A DNA stretch of 64,000 bases from Trypanosoma brucei (Eukaryota), in contig CM000208.1 in the NCBI GenBank assembly GCA_000002445.1, positions 2,176,001-2,240,000 on the forward strand, given 5' to 3'. The number at the start of each line of letters is the position of its first letter. Positions within the stretch are counted from its first letter, which is position 1. Positions 21,526 through 32,325 of the stretch are shown here, one piece after another. Below the pieces are notes generated by a model. The model was not told the origin of the DNA. It was given only the letters and a program-made list of their open reading frames with translations, and did no database searches. Both the position numbers and the translations under genes were made by a program.

Positions 21526-22956
21526 ATGATGGGTGATGCTGGTAGTTTCTGCAAGCGTGGTCCCGAAGACTTTAAAGTTGGAGTACCGGACAACGCAGTC
21601 CGTTCCGAGGGCCGTATCACGTTGGGTGACTACGTCATGATCACTGGTGGTGGTATGAAGCGTATTGTGCATGTGCAGGCGGGTGGTAAACTTCGTCTTG
21701 GGAGCTCTGGGTCTGTGCAGCTTGACAAGCTTGCTGGTGTGCGGTTTGGTGAGGTGGTTTACTATGACCCGAGGAGTCGTGTTTTTGTCCCCACCAACGA
21801 TTACCCAGATCTCGACATTACAACCTTGGAGGAGCACATCGAAGACGGTAGGGACAACCGGCACTTAGTTGACGAAAATAAAAGTCAAGTTTTATCTAAC
21901 GAAGAGATTGCGGAGATGCGTCGAGAAAAGGGTGTGGATGTGTTTCTCAATACCCTTGTTGAAAAGAGTGCGACGTTCCACGCCAAAACCGCGTACTCGC
22001 AGGAGAAATACTTGCGTAAGAAGAAGAAGCGCTACGGTGTTCTTTACAAAATTGAGCGTGTTACGCCCGATGGGGTGGCGGAGACATATTTGCCCACAAT
22101 TAACCCGACAGACGTGGAACCCGAGTCGCGGGTGCTCAGGTTGCGTGCGGACACGCTGGCGCTGATTCTACATCACAGTGATGTACACAGTGGCAGCCGC
22201 GTTATCGTCTATGATAAAACTAATGGTCACCTCGAGGCGGCGTTGCTTACCCGCCTCGGTAGTGATGGTATAATATTCCAAATAATGGACCGAACGGCGC
22301 AACCTAACATGTTCCCTTCGCAAACGATGGGCATAGAGAACGTCCGGGAACTGTGGAAGGCGGTTCCCCGTAACGCTGCCTTCTTGCGCGGGGAAGAGGA
22401 CACAGAGAATGAAGAAAAGGCGACAGAGAAGGTTAATAAGAGGGGCAAGGAGGGGGGAAGCGAGGTTTCTCAGTGGTTGCGTGGGATCGACGCCCGCCGC
22501 ATGCTGCAGGAGCGGCCCGCCGATTCGCTTATTATTGTTGATGACGAAGATGACGCGCCGGCTGCACTCGACGATTTGTTGCCCTTTGTAGCATTGAATG
22601 GTCACATTGTTGTGCATAGCCCCTTTCTTGAAGATTTGACCGCGCTGTTTACGAAGCTTCGGGGAGAGTGTGTGAACATATGCATTTCCGAGGTATGGTG
22701 CCGCCATCATCAGGTACTTCCCAACCGCACTCACCCTACGGTTCGGATGAGCACAGCGAGCGGTTATCTGTTGACAGCGATTAAGGTAAACGAGAGTACC
22801 ATTAACTGTAGTGGTGCTGGTGCACCACAGTCACCAATCGAAGAGGTGACCCCATCAGTTCCTGCGGAGGTTCCCGCGGTCGATGGGAGACTATCGCGTA
22901 AGCATCCAAGAGCTCAAGAAAACGGTGAACAAGAAGGAAATCTTTCAGACTCGTAG
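21526..22956 (+). CDS. TRM6: tRNA (adenine58-N1)-methyltransferase non-catalytic subunit TRM6/Gcd10
   Basis: The track start at 21514 is GTG and the ATG is at 21526. Clear family blocks: DENKSQVLSNEEIAEMRREKG, KSATFHAKTAYSQEKYLRKKKKRY and C-terminal ISEVWCRHHQVLPNRTHPTVRMSTASGYLLTA. These match the DDGKSQKL..., TFRDKTEFAQDKYIKKKKKKY and SETWLRNYQVLPDRSHPKLLMSGGGGYLLS blocks of TRM6/TRMT6 proteins. Confidence 0.85.
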   Translation: MMGDAGSFCKRGPEDFKVGVPDNAVRSEGRITLGDYVMITGGGMKRIVHVQAGGKLRLGSSGSVQLDKLAGVRFGEVVYYDPRSRVFVPTNDYPDLDITTLEEHIEDGRDNRHLVDENKSQVLSNEEIAEMRREKGVDVFLNTLVEKSATFHAKTAYSQEKYLRKKKKRYGVLYKIERVTPDGVAETYLPTINPTDVEPESRVLRLRADTLALILHHSDVHSGSRVIVYDKTNGHLEAALLTRLGSDGIIFQIMDRTAQPNMFPSQTMGIENVRELWKAVPRNAAFLRGEEDTENEEKATEKVNKRGKEGGSEVSQWLRGIDARRMLQERPADSLIIVDDEDDAPAALDDLLPFVALNGHIVVHSPFLEDLTALFTKLRGECVNICISEVWCRHHQVLPNRTHPTVRMSTASGYLLTAIKVNESTINCSGAGAPQSPIEEVTPSVPAEVPAVDGRLSRKHPRAQENGEQEGNLSDS

Positions 22957-24085
22957 CAGCGTCAGCATTTCAGTGCCTTATCATCGTGGTTCTACAACAA
23001 ATCAGCGAATTCCACTCACCGCCTCCGCTGGAGAACAGAGGAGTGAGTGACCTAGCAGTAAAATGGGTTTGTTCATTAGTTGTTGTGTTCGTTTATTTCG
23101 TTTGTGGTGTACTGACGCCTTTTGAGCACTCTACCTTGCAGAAGTGCTCTTGGGTGTTATGATTAGCTTCGACTTCCCTCTTTTTCTATTTTTTCCACAC
23201 GCACGCACATGCACATACATACCTTGCATGTAAAAGAAAGGTACACGGCCTTACAAGCGTCTTCCATACGCCTGCAAGCCAAAACAAAATCACCTCGTGT
23301 AAGATTAACTGGCGGTTGACCGCTTAAAACAGCACAGCTTTCGACGCGTTCAGAGGAGGAAATTGAGAGTAATATCACCCAGGAAATGATTTACGACATT
23401 ACCACTCCGCAGTACCAGCAGTTCCTCCGCTCATGCGGCCGCCGCCGTGAGGATTACGTGAAGGGATCGTCCACAGGTTTCTCGGGTAACAAGCAGACCA
23501 CGAAGCCGGCGGGAGCTGCAAGTACTGGGCTGTAGCGTATAACCCACCATTCCGGAAAGAGGAAGAGAAGTACATATGGGATGAGGGCCGTTACTTCAGT
23601 ACGAAAGGGTTCTGCAGGAAGAATAAATAAAAGGAAGAGAAACGTATTTCCTTCCACTACTCTCGTTGGCCGGCTTAGTGCTAATAAAAGCAAAGCTATC
23701 TTCTTGTTCGACCTGGTTGGCGGATCGGCGAAGCAAAATGATGAAAAAAAATAATAAGAGAAGGAGAAATTCAGACACTGCTAAAAGAGGATGGGGTATT
23801 TTACGGAAGAGAGGGGAGAACTGAAGAGCAACAAAAGAGAAATATGATGATTTTTCTTTTCTTGAGGTTAGCCTCGTTTTTGTCAGTTAACTTAGTTCTC
23901 CCACGGCGCTGTACGTCGTTTCAATCGGAGATGCCTCCATCCTTTTCCATTGATGAGTGCTCGGTTCTTTTTCATTATTTTTAAATTTATTTTGAGGGTT
24001 CTCTTTCCGTGTTCTCAACATGGCTTTTGTAGCGTTAATAAAGAGTTGGGTAGAGGGGGCGTAAAGGAGAAAAAGGAAGGTAAAA

Positions 24086-24601
24086 ATGAAGCGATTTTTT
24101 GACAAGCTATACCACACCACTGGCTTTATCGTGGACCCAAGTCAGCGCAGCGTCGCTAGCCACGTAAGCTCTCTGTTGTTGCAGGGCTCCATAGCCTTTT
24201 CTTTATTAGGAACGATTGGCGTAGACACCTCACCGCTAGTTGCAGCTGCAGGGGTGATTGGTGCTACTGCTGGATTTGCCTGTAAAGATTTTGGTGCTAA
24301 CTTTATAGCGAGTATTGTTCTGAGCAGTCAACCTTCTTTACGTACTGGGAACAGAATTTCAATAGGAACCGGTGCTGGCGCTGTCAAGGGGGAGGTGGTC
24401 GACTGGGACACTCGGTACCTATATCTTCGCACTTCGGAGGGTCACCTCTTGCATGTGCCCAATAGTATGATTCTCACTTCAATCGTAACGTGGGAGAGTA
24501 GTGAGAGTAAGCAGAGGTTGGGGGGGAATGAACCACAAGGTTATTCGCCCACACCGCCCCACACAGTGCCATGTAATGATTCTGCTTCTGGAACGAAGTA
24601 A
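24086..24601 (+). CDS. Small-conductance mechanosensitive channel (MscS)-like protein, minimal 171-aa form
   Basis: ATG start. Pore-lining TM3-like glycine/alanine helix (LVAAAGVIGATAGFACKDFGANFIASIVL) followed by the MscS beta-domain signature (PSLRTGNRISIG..GAVKGEVVDWDTRYLYLRTSEGHLLHVPNSMI). Minimal MscS homologues of this size are known in trypanosomatids. Confidence 0.8.
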   Translation: MKRFFDKLYHTTGFIVDPSQRSVASHVSSLLLQGSIAFSLLGTIGVDTSPLVAAAGVIGATAGFACKDFGANFIASIVLSSQPSLRTGNRISIGTGAGAVKGEVVDWDTRYLYLRTSEGHLLHVPNSMILTSIVTWESSESKQRLGGNEPQGYSPTPPHTVPCNDSASGTK

Positions 24602-24941
24602 AGTTAGGTAATATTCAGTTGTTTTTTACAACGCCCCTTGCGTGCATAGGTGAAGGTGTAAGAGCGATTGGGGAAATTGTAGAGGCGTATGTCCATTATC
24701 GGAAGAAACGCAAAGGGGGTTGATTTGTTTTTGGTGGGTGACTAACTTGACCGCGGCGTGGTCGTTAATAAAATACTTATAGCATGGCTATCATCCGTGA
24801 CAACGTGACGACTGACATACCTTTTTCACCCTTCTACTTGCTTGTTGTTTATAGCAGTTGAATACGAACACACCGTTCTACAGAAAGGTCTGGAAAAGTA
24901 AGGAGAGTGGTAAGAATTTGCTTCTTCTATGGTTGTTGAAT

Positions 24942-27900
24942 ATGGCGTCGCTCTGTTTCACTGACGTTGGTACGCTTTGCAGGGACGTTGAACCGACGCG
25001 ATCGTTTCCCGCGTCCCCAACTTGCATCGAGGTGCTGTCAGGGGTACATCTTATCGCATCCGTAAACGCCCGAGCGAACCAATGCATAGTAGAACTTTTG
25101 GTTGGCGATAAGGTTGCCGATACTTTTAGTCGTGCAGGGTCCGAGGAACCAGGTAACAGCGGCAGCCGTTTATCCACCCCTACGGGGGCCGGGAAAACAC
25201 CCAATTTCACCGTGCCAACAGTCGATACTGCAGTGAAGGAGTGGCTCGATGCACTTCGAGCCAGCTTCCGTACGGCCAAAGTGTTGGATGTGCTTAAGGA
25301 GGATGAAGGCGTCGTCACGGCCATTGAGTTCGTTCGTGACGTCACAAGAGCGTCAAGCGGCGGCGAGGCAGAGCAGGAGGGAGTAAATAGGTCAGTAAAG
25401 CGTCCATATGTGCATCTCTTTATTGGCACTTCTCGTGGAACTGTTGTGATATGTAACGCTCTGCGTGGGACAATTATGGCCATCGCGATGTTTCAGGACT
25501 GTAACAGATTTGTACGGCAGGGCAGTCGCCGAAGCTCCCTTGCCCAAGGAGCCTCCGTAACTAGCGCTCAGTGTACCGAGTCTGTTGTTCGATTTGCCGC
25601 TCACATGAGCACTCTGGACACCTTTCTCAATCCGAACGTTCCCCAGAACACATCTGCCGTACATAGTGGGCATCTAAACACAGTTTATATTGTAATGAGC
25701 AGCGGTAGAGTTGTTGCACTCGGTAGGGGGGCAATCGATGTGTTCTTGGAGACAGCAGAGGGGCACTTGGATGGAGCGCGACCGCACTTAGTACTGGAGT
25801 GGGTGGAAAACAGCACCTTCAGTTCGTTTCCTGTAGCCGGACCAGCCGCTCGATTTGCCTCGCATGTACGATGTATTCTTTCCATGTCTGAAGTCGACCC
25901 GAACACTGGTATTCGGCTTCGAGCACCAAGATCAACGGCGGCAACAACGGACCGCTCAATTAAGGATGCCGCATTTTATCTTAGTTGCAAGTGCGATACA
26001 ACGGATGTACTTACCGATGGGCCAGAGAATCGAGAATATCTCCTCCTATGCGGACGCGCCCCTGCTCTCGCCAGCTACGCATGTAAGAGAACTGAAAAGG
26101 GATTTTCAGCCCGCCAGGCAATTGGAGCTGTCGCTTCGATGCTTGGTGGCGTGAAACGTTTACTATGGGCGGGGGGCTCGGAGGGCGAAGGGGATGAATC
26201 GTCTTTCACCGCGAGGGGACTCTCTGTAAGTTCACAGTCCGCCAGAAATGTTTTCCCGGAAGGTGATATGACATTTGATGTTGTTCAAGTGGATCCCACT
26301 TTACAGTGGGTCGCTTGTTATAGTGAGAGCGCAGGACGTATTTACGTATACGACCTAATGGGTGATGCTGTTTGTCAGGTCGTGAAGGGCTGCCGTTCGG
26401 TGGAGTTTCAGTGGCACGTGGCAACGATAGGGGGAAAGCGCATGCTTCTTCTTGTTATCCATCGAATTCTTCGACATTCCGTGGAAATGTATTCTCTTCG
26501 CCTCGGGAGGCGTGTGGCTGCTCGGTATGTTCCTTCAGGGTCCATTTTGCTTCGTTCGGGCTCATCGGTGCTGATCCCGCGGGTTCTGATGCTCGTTCCC
26601 GATGGTGTGGTGACGGCGATAGAGGTGAAACTGGACCGGGCTCACGGTGCTCTGCCCTCCAGCTCGAGTTGCATTTCAGGTGTCACGCTGGGCCGTGGTC
26701 GCTCCGATACGGTCGTTACCGGTATTGACGTACATGGCGGTGTGACGTGTGTGCGAGGAGGGTTTCCAACACCGTATGATGTGTTGGTTGCCGCACTTAG
26801 CCTTCCGCTTCCCAACCCTGTGACGGAGGGTGACTCATTTGACGTATATTGTCTTCGAATCAGCAAGTTGGAGGACGTCATTAAGAGACAATTTTCTCCT
26901 GGAGTGTTTGACGATTGTTGTCTTCCAGTGGGTGCAGGTACAGAAGAGGCAGATATTCCACCGGACGTATCGGCTGCACAGTGCCTAAACTACGTTCAAC
27001 TTCGCTTGGTTTGCGTAGCCAGTTACCGTCGGGCACTGTTTAATGGTGTAAATACCAAAACAACCCAAACTTCCCTGAAGGAGTTCGCAATGCGCAGCGC
27101 TGCCGGGCCGGTTTTTACCGCGCAAGGGGAACTCCACCCAATTTTAAAAGGAATGGTGGGCGATGTTACGGCTGTCCTTCTGGCAAAAAAAGATGAGACC
27201 TGCTTCAGTCACGTCGCAAGCATAATTCCTTCTCTTGAAAAGTTGCTGATGAGGCGCAGCACTGCCTCAGTACCAGAGGGCGATCCTACTGGGCCGGTAG
27301 TGCCCATGTCCTTGGGAGATTTTCTAAAGTTGTTTTATTGTGGTGGCCACAAGCTAGCGTTTCTGCGAGAATCAGTGGGATATGCGAATGGTTGTGTCGA
27401 TTCCTTTGATGAGTGGGCAGAAATTGGGTCCGTTTTCTTTGGTGGTGGTGTTGGTTGTTTTCCGCAACAAGTGGACGTGTTCAACTCTCTTGGATTTCGA
27501 ACGGTTGATGTGGTGATGATGGCATTATGTTGGTTGTGTCGATCTTTTGCACGCACCTTGTCGCCGTCTTGTTTGGGTACAGTTGCGGAGCTCCTCTTCT
27601 TTTTGAGGAATTCGGGAGAGGAGGCGTTCCTTACTGGAGTGGAGGCTATTCCATGCTTGATAGGGAGAAAACATCTTGAAAGAAGACGGTCCGAAGCCCA
27701 CGTATCACTTCTCACTCTTCTTGTATTGCTTCGGCAGCGCGAGAAGCCGTTTGGTTCTGCTTACCGTGCCAGGTATGAGCTTTCATTGAAGCGTCTTTTA
27801 GGCTTGCATTTGATGATAATTCGATATGAGACTCCCCTAGAGGATGGTGATGGGTGGGACTCCCAAACTACGGAAGCTCCCTTGTATTTGAGTTTGTGCG

Positions 27901-29564
27901 ATTTACTCCCGCAGGAAGGTGGGGATGCGTTAAATATTCTCCTCCTAAGGCAATTTCCTCCACCTCTGACCCTAAAACTGTGTAGTGAGATGCCAGGGAG
28001 TAACGTTGTCAAGGAGGCATTAGCAGGCGTGGATCACTTACATTGGGTGAAACAGCTTTTTATGATGAATGCGGCACCTCCACCCTGGGCTGTGGACGCC
28101 CCATGGTACCGCGAGGGGACGTGGGATCACGTTGTATTTTTATCAGAAGTGATTCAGCCTACTATTAAGTTCTTTAAGCTTGTCACACAGGGCACACTGC
28201 CAACGCTCGTTTGGGTTTCCGCTGCCTCCTCCAAGCAGTTAGCCGGTCTCAGCGTATTACTCGTTGTGGGGCTGGCGGTGCTTGAGCGGGAGTTGACTCC
28301 TCTCCGTTGTGAGCGACTTGCATTCCTCACAGACGGCATGCTTCCGGACTCAAACCTGTTTGAGGGAAATGAAACCGAGTTCAGTGATTACTCGCGCCAT
28401 CCTCTGGGAAGTCGGTCTACTCGGGACTACTTCAACAGTTGCCGTGAATTTTTGCACCTGAATATCCAAATGGTGAGGCAATTACTAGGAGGTGATGACT
28501 ATATCCACGGCAAAAAAGTAGCTGATTCGGTGGTTGAATTTCTTTCGGTTGATGACGGGGCAATTTTCCCACTGGTACCAGTAGAGCTCCGTCGATTGCT
28601 TTATTTCTTTACGGTGCACATTTGCGGTAACCTTAGGGGGTTACTGCAGCGTTTAAGGGAGGCCTGTTGTTTCATGGACACAGTTGCGTTCTTTGCCTTT
28701 AAAACGGCAGGATCCCTGTGCTTACCCTCTCTCCAACTCCCTGCAATATCGTGGGTCACGATGTTTGAGGATCGATCGACGGTGTTGTGTTTTCTGAAGG
28801 GGACATGCGCCGATAACCAGGAAGGGAAGTCTTTGCCAACTATGGTAGAGAGGATGAAGGCGCGAAGTGAGCTCGTGAGGATGATAACATTTGCGGACGT
28901 GCTCGACACTCGATCTGCTCTCAGTAACAGTTTCGTTGAGGACCTTTCTGAGGCGCTCGGACTAAACCACGTGGCAGCCGACTTCCACCTCTTAGTGCTG
29001 CTTGATGTTTGCTCAAGGCTTCTCCTTCCAAGCGAAGAGGTGTGTCGATTTCTGAATAACGTGGCCAGTCGTCACTTGGCTGCACTAATTGCGGTTTTCA
29101 ATTGTAAGCTGCTCATTAAATGTTGCTTTGGGTATTATGCGGACGCGAAGAAAACTATTCCAAGTTGTAATCGTCAGGAGAAGCAGCGACTCGCTCTAAA
29201 GGTTCAAGGTCTTGACGATGCAATGTCCGAGGACTTTCGCTGCTGGGTACACTCGAACGAACTTGAGGGGGACGAGGCTATCGGTTCTTCAGAAACGGTT
29301 GACTCCAATAGCAATTCGCAGCTTGAGTACAGGCTGTTTTGGGGTTCAGCGTGGTGTGAAGTGCATTACGCTGGTGTTGTGAAGTGCAAAGTGATGTCGC
29401 GCCTGGACCAATCACAGGATTCAGAGAAGTTGCGAGATTTTCATCGACTTCTCTTTGTACTGGCCCGAACTGCTGCTGAAGGAGCATCGACGCTACCATT
29501 GGGCTTGCGTCGTATCGCATGTGAACTTCCCTCTGTTGCGGCAAGGGTCACGGCGTTGATATGA
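24942..29564 (+). CDS. Large conserved hypothetical protein (~1540 aa)
   Basis: The track start at 24858 is TTG and the first ATG is at 24942 (MASLCFTDVG...). 4.6 kb of complex coding sequence with no domain I can name. Confidence 0.6.
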   Translation: MASLCFTDVGTLCRDVEPTRSFPASPTCIEVLSGVHLIASVNARANQCIVELLVGDKVADTFSRAGSEEPGNSGSRLSTPTGAGKTPNFTVPTVDTAVKEWLDALRASFRTAKVLDVLKEDEGVVTAIEFVRDVTRASSGGEAEQEGVNRSVKRPYVHLFIGTSRGTVVICNALRGTIMAIAMFQDCNRFVRQGSRRSSLAQGASVTSAQCTESVVRFAAHMSTLDTFLNPNVPQNTSAVHSGHLNTVYIVMSSGRVVALGRGAIDVFLETAEGHLDGARPHLVLEWVENSTFSSFPVAGPAARFASHVRCILSMSEVDPNTGIRLRAPRSTAATTDRSIKDAAFYLSCKCDTTDVLTDGPENREYLLLCGRAPALASYACKRTEKGFSARQAIGAVASMLGGVKRLLWAGGSEGEGDESSFTARGLSVSSQSARNVFPEGDMTFDVVQVDPTLQWVACYSESAGRIYVYDLMGDAVCQVVKGCRSVEFQWHVATIGGKRMLLLVIHRILRHSVEMYSLRLGRRVAARYVPSGSILLRSGSSVLIPRVLMLVPDGVVTAIEVKLDRAHGALPSSSSCISGVTLGRGRSDTVVTGIDVHGGVTCVRGGFPTPYDVLVAALSLPLPNPVTEGDSFDVYCLRISKLEDVIKRQFSPGVFDDCCLPVGAGTEEADIPPDVSAAQCLNYVQLRLVCVASYRRALFNGVNTKTTQTSLKEFAMRSAAGPVFTAQGELHPILKGMVGDVTAVLLAKKDETCFSHVASIIPSLEKLLMRRSTASVPEGDPTGPVVPMSLGDFLKLFYCGGHKLAFLRESVGYANGCVDSFDEWAEIGSVFFGGGVGCFPQQVDVFNSLGFRTVDVVMMALCWLCRSFARTLSPSCLGTVAELLFFLRNSGEEAFLTGVEAIPCLIGRKHLERRRSEAHVSLLTLLVLLRQREKPFGSAYRARYELSLKRLLGLHLMIIRYETPLEDGDGWDSQTTEAPLYLSLCDLLPQEGGDALNILLLRQFPPPLTLKLCSEMPGSNVVKEALAGVDHLHWVKQLFMMNAAPPPWAVDAPWYREGTWDHVVFLSEVIQPTIKFFKLVTQGTLPTLVWVSAASSKQLAGLSVLLVVGLAVLERELTPLRCERLAFLTDGMLPDSNLFEGNETEFSDYSRHPLGSRSTRDYFNSCREFLHLNIQMVRQLLGGDDYIHGKKVADSVVEFLSVDDGAIFPLVPVELRRLLYFFTVHICGNLRGLLQRLREACCFMDTVAFFAFKTAGSLCLPSLQLPAISWVTMFEDRSTVLCFLKGTCADNQEGKSLPTMVERMKARSELVRMITFADVLDTRSALSNSFVEDLSEALGLNHVAADFHLLVLLDVCSRLLLPSEEVCRFLNNVASRHLAALIAVFNCKLLIKCCFGYYADAKKTIPSCNRQEKQRLALKVQGLDDAMSEDFRCWVHSNELEGDEAIGSSETVDSNSNSQLEYRLFWGSAWCEVHYAGVVKCKVMSRLDQSQDSEKLRDFHRLLFVLARTAAEGASTLPLGLRRIACELPSVAARVTALI

Positions 29565-29853
29565 TTAGGTGGTCATACAAGTTGATGTGTGGTGTCCTGT
29601 TGTAAATTTGGTACGTTCCTCGGTGGATCACACGTCTATGTGTTCTACTGATACATGAGAAGTTGATATCGTTTCCGATCCAGTGTTGAAACGTTTGTTT
29701 TTATTTTCTTTTACTTTTAGTTTTTCTCGTCGCACGTGGTATGCCATGTGCTCTAGTGATCAGTACGAAGGTTGTACGGGCTTCTCTTTACTGTTTGTGA
29801 TTTGCATGTTTTTACCCCATATTACCATTGTGTGACGCCTGTTTTCCATATTT

Positions 29854-31911
29854 ATGTTTCCACCTTGTCTGAAGCAAAGTAATCAGAAAAGAGGGTGTGT
29901 GTGGGGTGATATGACTGTAGTCGAGTCTCCTTTCACCATGCATGACCGCGAGCGGCTGGTCGGGATTCGTTTCTCTTTGCTTAACGCACACTTGGTGGGT
30001 CGCGAAGGGATCGGAGCGTTCAAGCGCCTAGTGGTGTCCATGAAGACACTCTACTCAGACTTTGTGGTGAGGGAGTTGTCACTTCTGTACAACGATGGTA
30101 AACCCCTCGTATTGGAGTCGTTGCAGCACACCGAGGCAGATGCCAAACCACACGATACGGTAGGAGCGAAGAGGCAACGGGATGCGGAGTCAGGCGGCCG
30201 TGATGGCGTGGCTGATATCGGGGAAGTGGCACTAGAAGGCATTCGCGCGAAACTTGAGGGAGTTGTTCCTGCCGAAGAACTGGACTCCGTGACGAAGTCG
30301 CTATGCGCCGGGGAGCCCTCAGTTACACTCCGATGTTCCCTCACGAAACCCCAACGTACCCGGATTCACGAGGTGGTGAGAGAGCTTCTTGGCGGGCGGT
30401 ACATTAGTCGAGCGGAGAGCGGAACCCTTGTGATCGAGAGGGCAACGCATGCAACGAGGCGAGCGGATGAACGGCGTCTGAATCCAGTGCGAAGTCAGAA
30501 GTTTCTACATTTCACTCTCTACAAGGAGAATATCGATAGCAACCATGCACTTCGGGAAGTGGCTTCGTACCTCCATGTGCCTACCCGGAGTCTTCTTTTC
30601 AGTGGAACAAAGGACAAACGTGCTGTGACTCTGCAACGTGTCGCAGTGCGTGGAGTGTCACCAGAAAAACTGATAGGAATCAACAGTCGATCTTTTGGAC
30701 AGGACCGCAAGGTGAAGGTGTGCAGTTTTAGAACGATGGACCACGGGTTGCGCCTTGGTGACGCTGTGGGCAACCATTTCCTTATTGCCCTTCGACTTTT
30801 ACCTGAAAGTCGGGACATCGATTCCGACACTCTGAACACTGTTGAAAGCACCATCAACCGCGAAGGTGTGGTGAACTACTTTGGTACCCAACGATTTGGG
30901 ACAACTGACGTGCTTACAGGTGATGTTGGTATTCAGCTTCTTTCGGGTCACTTCGAAAATGCTCTACGACTGGTATTTCGCTCAAAATCAATGGTCGAGC
31001 CGAGTATGCTTGCCGCAGTTGATGCCCTTGAAAAAGGGTCCTTTGAGGAAGCTGTGAAACTTGTACCGCACTATTGTCACCAGGAACGCGATATGCTGAA
31101 CCACTTGGTAGACTCCCCTAACGATTTCCTCGGTTCCTTTTCCAAAATTCCTCGAACAATGAGCATGATGTACTTCCACGCAGTACAGAGCCTAATATGG
31201 AATATTATGGCTTCCAAGAGGTTGGAAGTGGGTGTGGTGCCTCAGGTTGGCGACTTGGTACTCAAATCCCGTTACACAGCCCGGTTGAGGTGTAATCAGC
31301 AGTCCGATTGTCTTGAGGGGCTTGATTTAAGCGCAAACGAAATGGACGACACAACAGAGGAAAAGGAGAGGGGCCTTCCTGAAGTGGTTCATCTCACCAC
31401 TGAAGACGTGGCAACAGGCCTCTTTCAGATAGCGGATATTCTTCTTCCAGTACCAGGCCCTGACGAGAAACTGCAGTACCCCACTGTTAGCGCATGTGAT
31501 CGCAGTGCCTATATTGAAACCCTTGCTTTGAAGGGGGCTGAAAGCCTTGTGAGGGCTAGCAACCCCCTTGTGAAGTTGTTTCATTACCACGGAGCCTATC
31601 GACATCTTGTTGTGAAACCTAGGGGGTTCAGGATGCGTCTTTGTAATACAAAAAGCTTACGGGAGCCGATTATTCCCACGGACCTCGAGCTTCTAACGGG
31701 CAGCAAGGGATGTGTAGAAGAGGCCACTGGTGCGTCTGTCAGCAATGGAGATGGCACCAACTTGCCGTGTAAGGCGATTGTGGTGGAATTTTCCCTTCCT
31801 CCAGGAGCGTACGCCACGTGTGTGCTGCGTGAATTCTGTGACTGTCGTACGGAAGGGTACCATCGCGCATCGTCGAAAGCCGCTGGAAATAGTGAGCCAT
31901 CCGCTGGATGA
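29854..31911 (+). CDS. PUS7: tRNA pseudouridine synthase, TruD/Pus7 family
   Basis: ATG start. The N-terminal FVVRE.. block, catalytic FSGTKDKRAVTLQRVAV (the TruD 'GTKDKRA' motif) and NYFGTQRFG are diagnostic TruD/Pus7 motifs. Confidence 0.85.
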   Translation: MFPPCLKQSNQKRGCVWGDMTVVESPFTMHDRERLVGIRFSLLNAHLVGREGIGAFKRLVVSMKTLYSDFVVRELSLLYNDGKPLVLESLQHTEADAKPHDTVGAKRQRDAESGGRDGVADIGEVALEGIRAKLEGVVPAEELDSVTKSLCAGEPSVTLRCSLTKPQRTRIHEVVRELLGGRYISRAESGTLVIERATHATRRADERRLNPVRSQKFLHFTLYKENIDSNHALREVASYLHVPTRSLLFSGTKDKRAVTLQRVAVRGVSPEKLIGINSRSFGQDRKVKVCSFRTMDHGLRLGDAVGNHFLIALRLLPESRDIDSDTLNTVESTINREGVVNYFGTQRFGTTDVLTGDVGIQLLSGHFENALRLVFRSKSMVEPSMLAAVDALEKGSFEEAVKLVPHYCHQERDMLNHLVDSPNDFLGSFSKIPRTMSMMYFHAVQSLIWNIMASKRLEVGVVPQVGDLVLKSRYTARLRCNQQSDCLEGLDLSANEMDDTTEEKERGLPEVVHLTTEDVATGLFQIADILLPVPGPDEKLQYPTVSACDRSAYIETLALKGAESLVRASNPLVKLFHYHGAYRHLVVKPRGFRMRLCNTKSLREPIIPTDLELLTGSKGCVEEATGASVSNGDGTNLPCKAIVVEFSLPPGAYATCVLREFCDCRTEGYHRASSKAAGNSEPSAG

Positions 31912-32325
31912 TGACGCTGATGCGCATCGTATCCCTTTAGGGTAAAGCCTCTGGCTGCACCGCGGTTCTTTAGGAATAAGGTAGCCACCAGTTGTTTCGG
32001 GTATATACACATGTTAAAAATTTTAAAAAAGTTAAGCGCTGTGCGAGGTGCTGTAAGCACCCTTCGTCGGTTTCTTTACATCGTCTCCTGCAGGAGTGGA
32101 AGCTCCTAAACTTTATGGAGTCAAGAGATCTCTTATCACACTATTTCTTTCTTCCAAAGCAGCGTCTACGCTAACTATTGCTCAATCGCTTCGTTTCCCT
32201 ATATCGTGCAGCTGTTTCTCCCATCGCGGAAAACCACAGAATCGCCGACAGTGCTCGTTATGTTTTTATTCTGCTTTACTTTATGTAGGTACATCGTTTG
32301 CTTGCCATAGTTAACTGTGCGTGCC

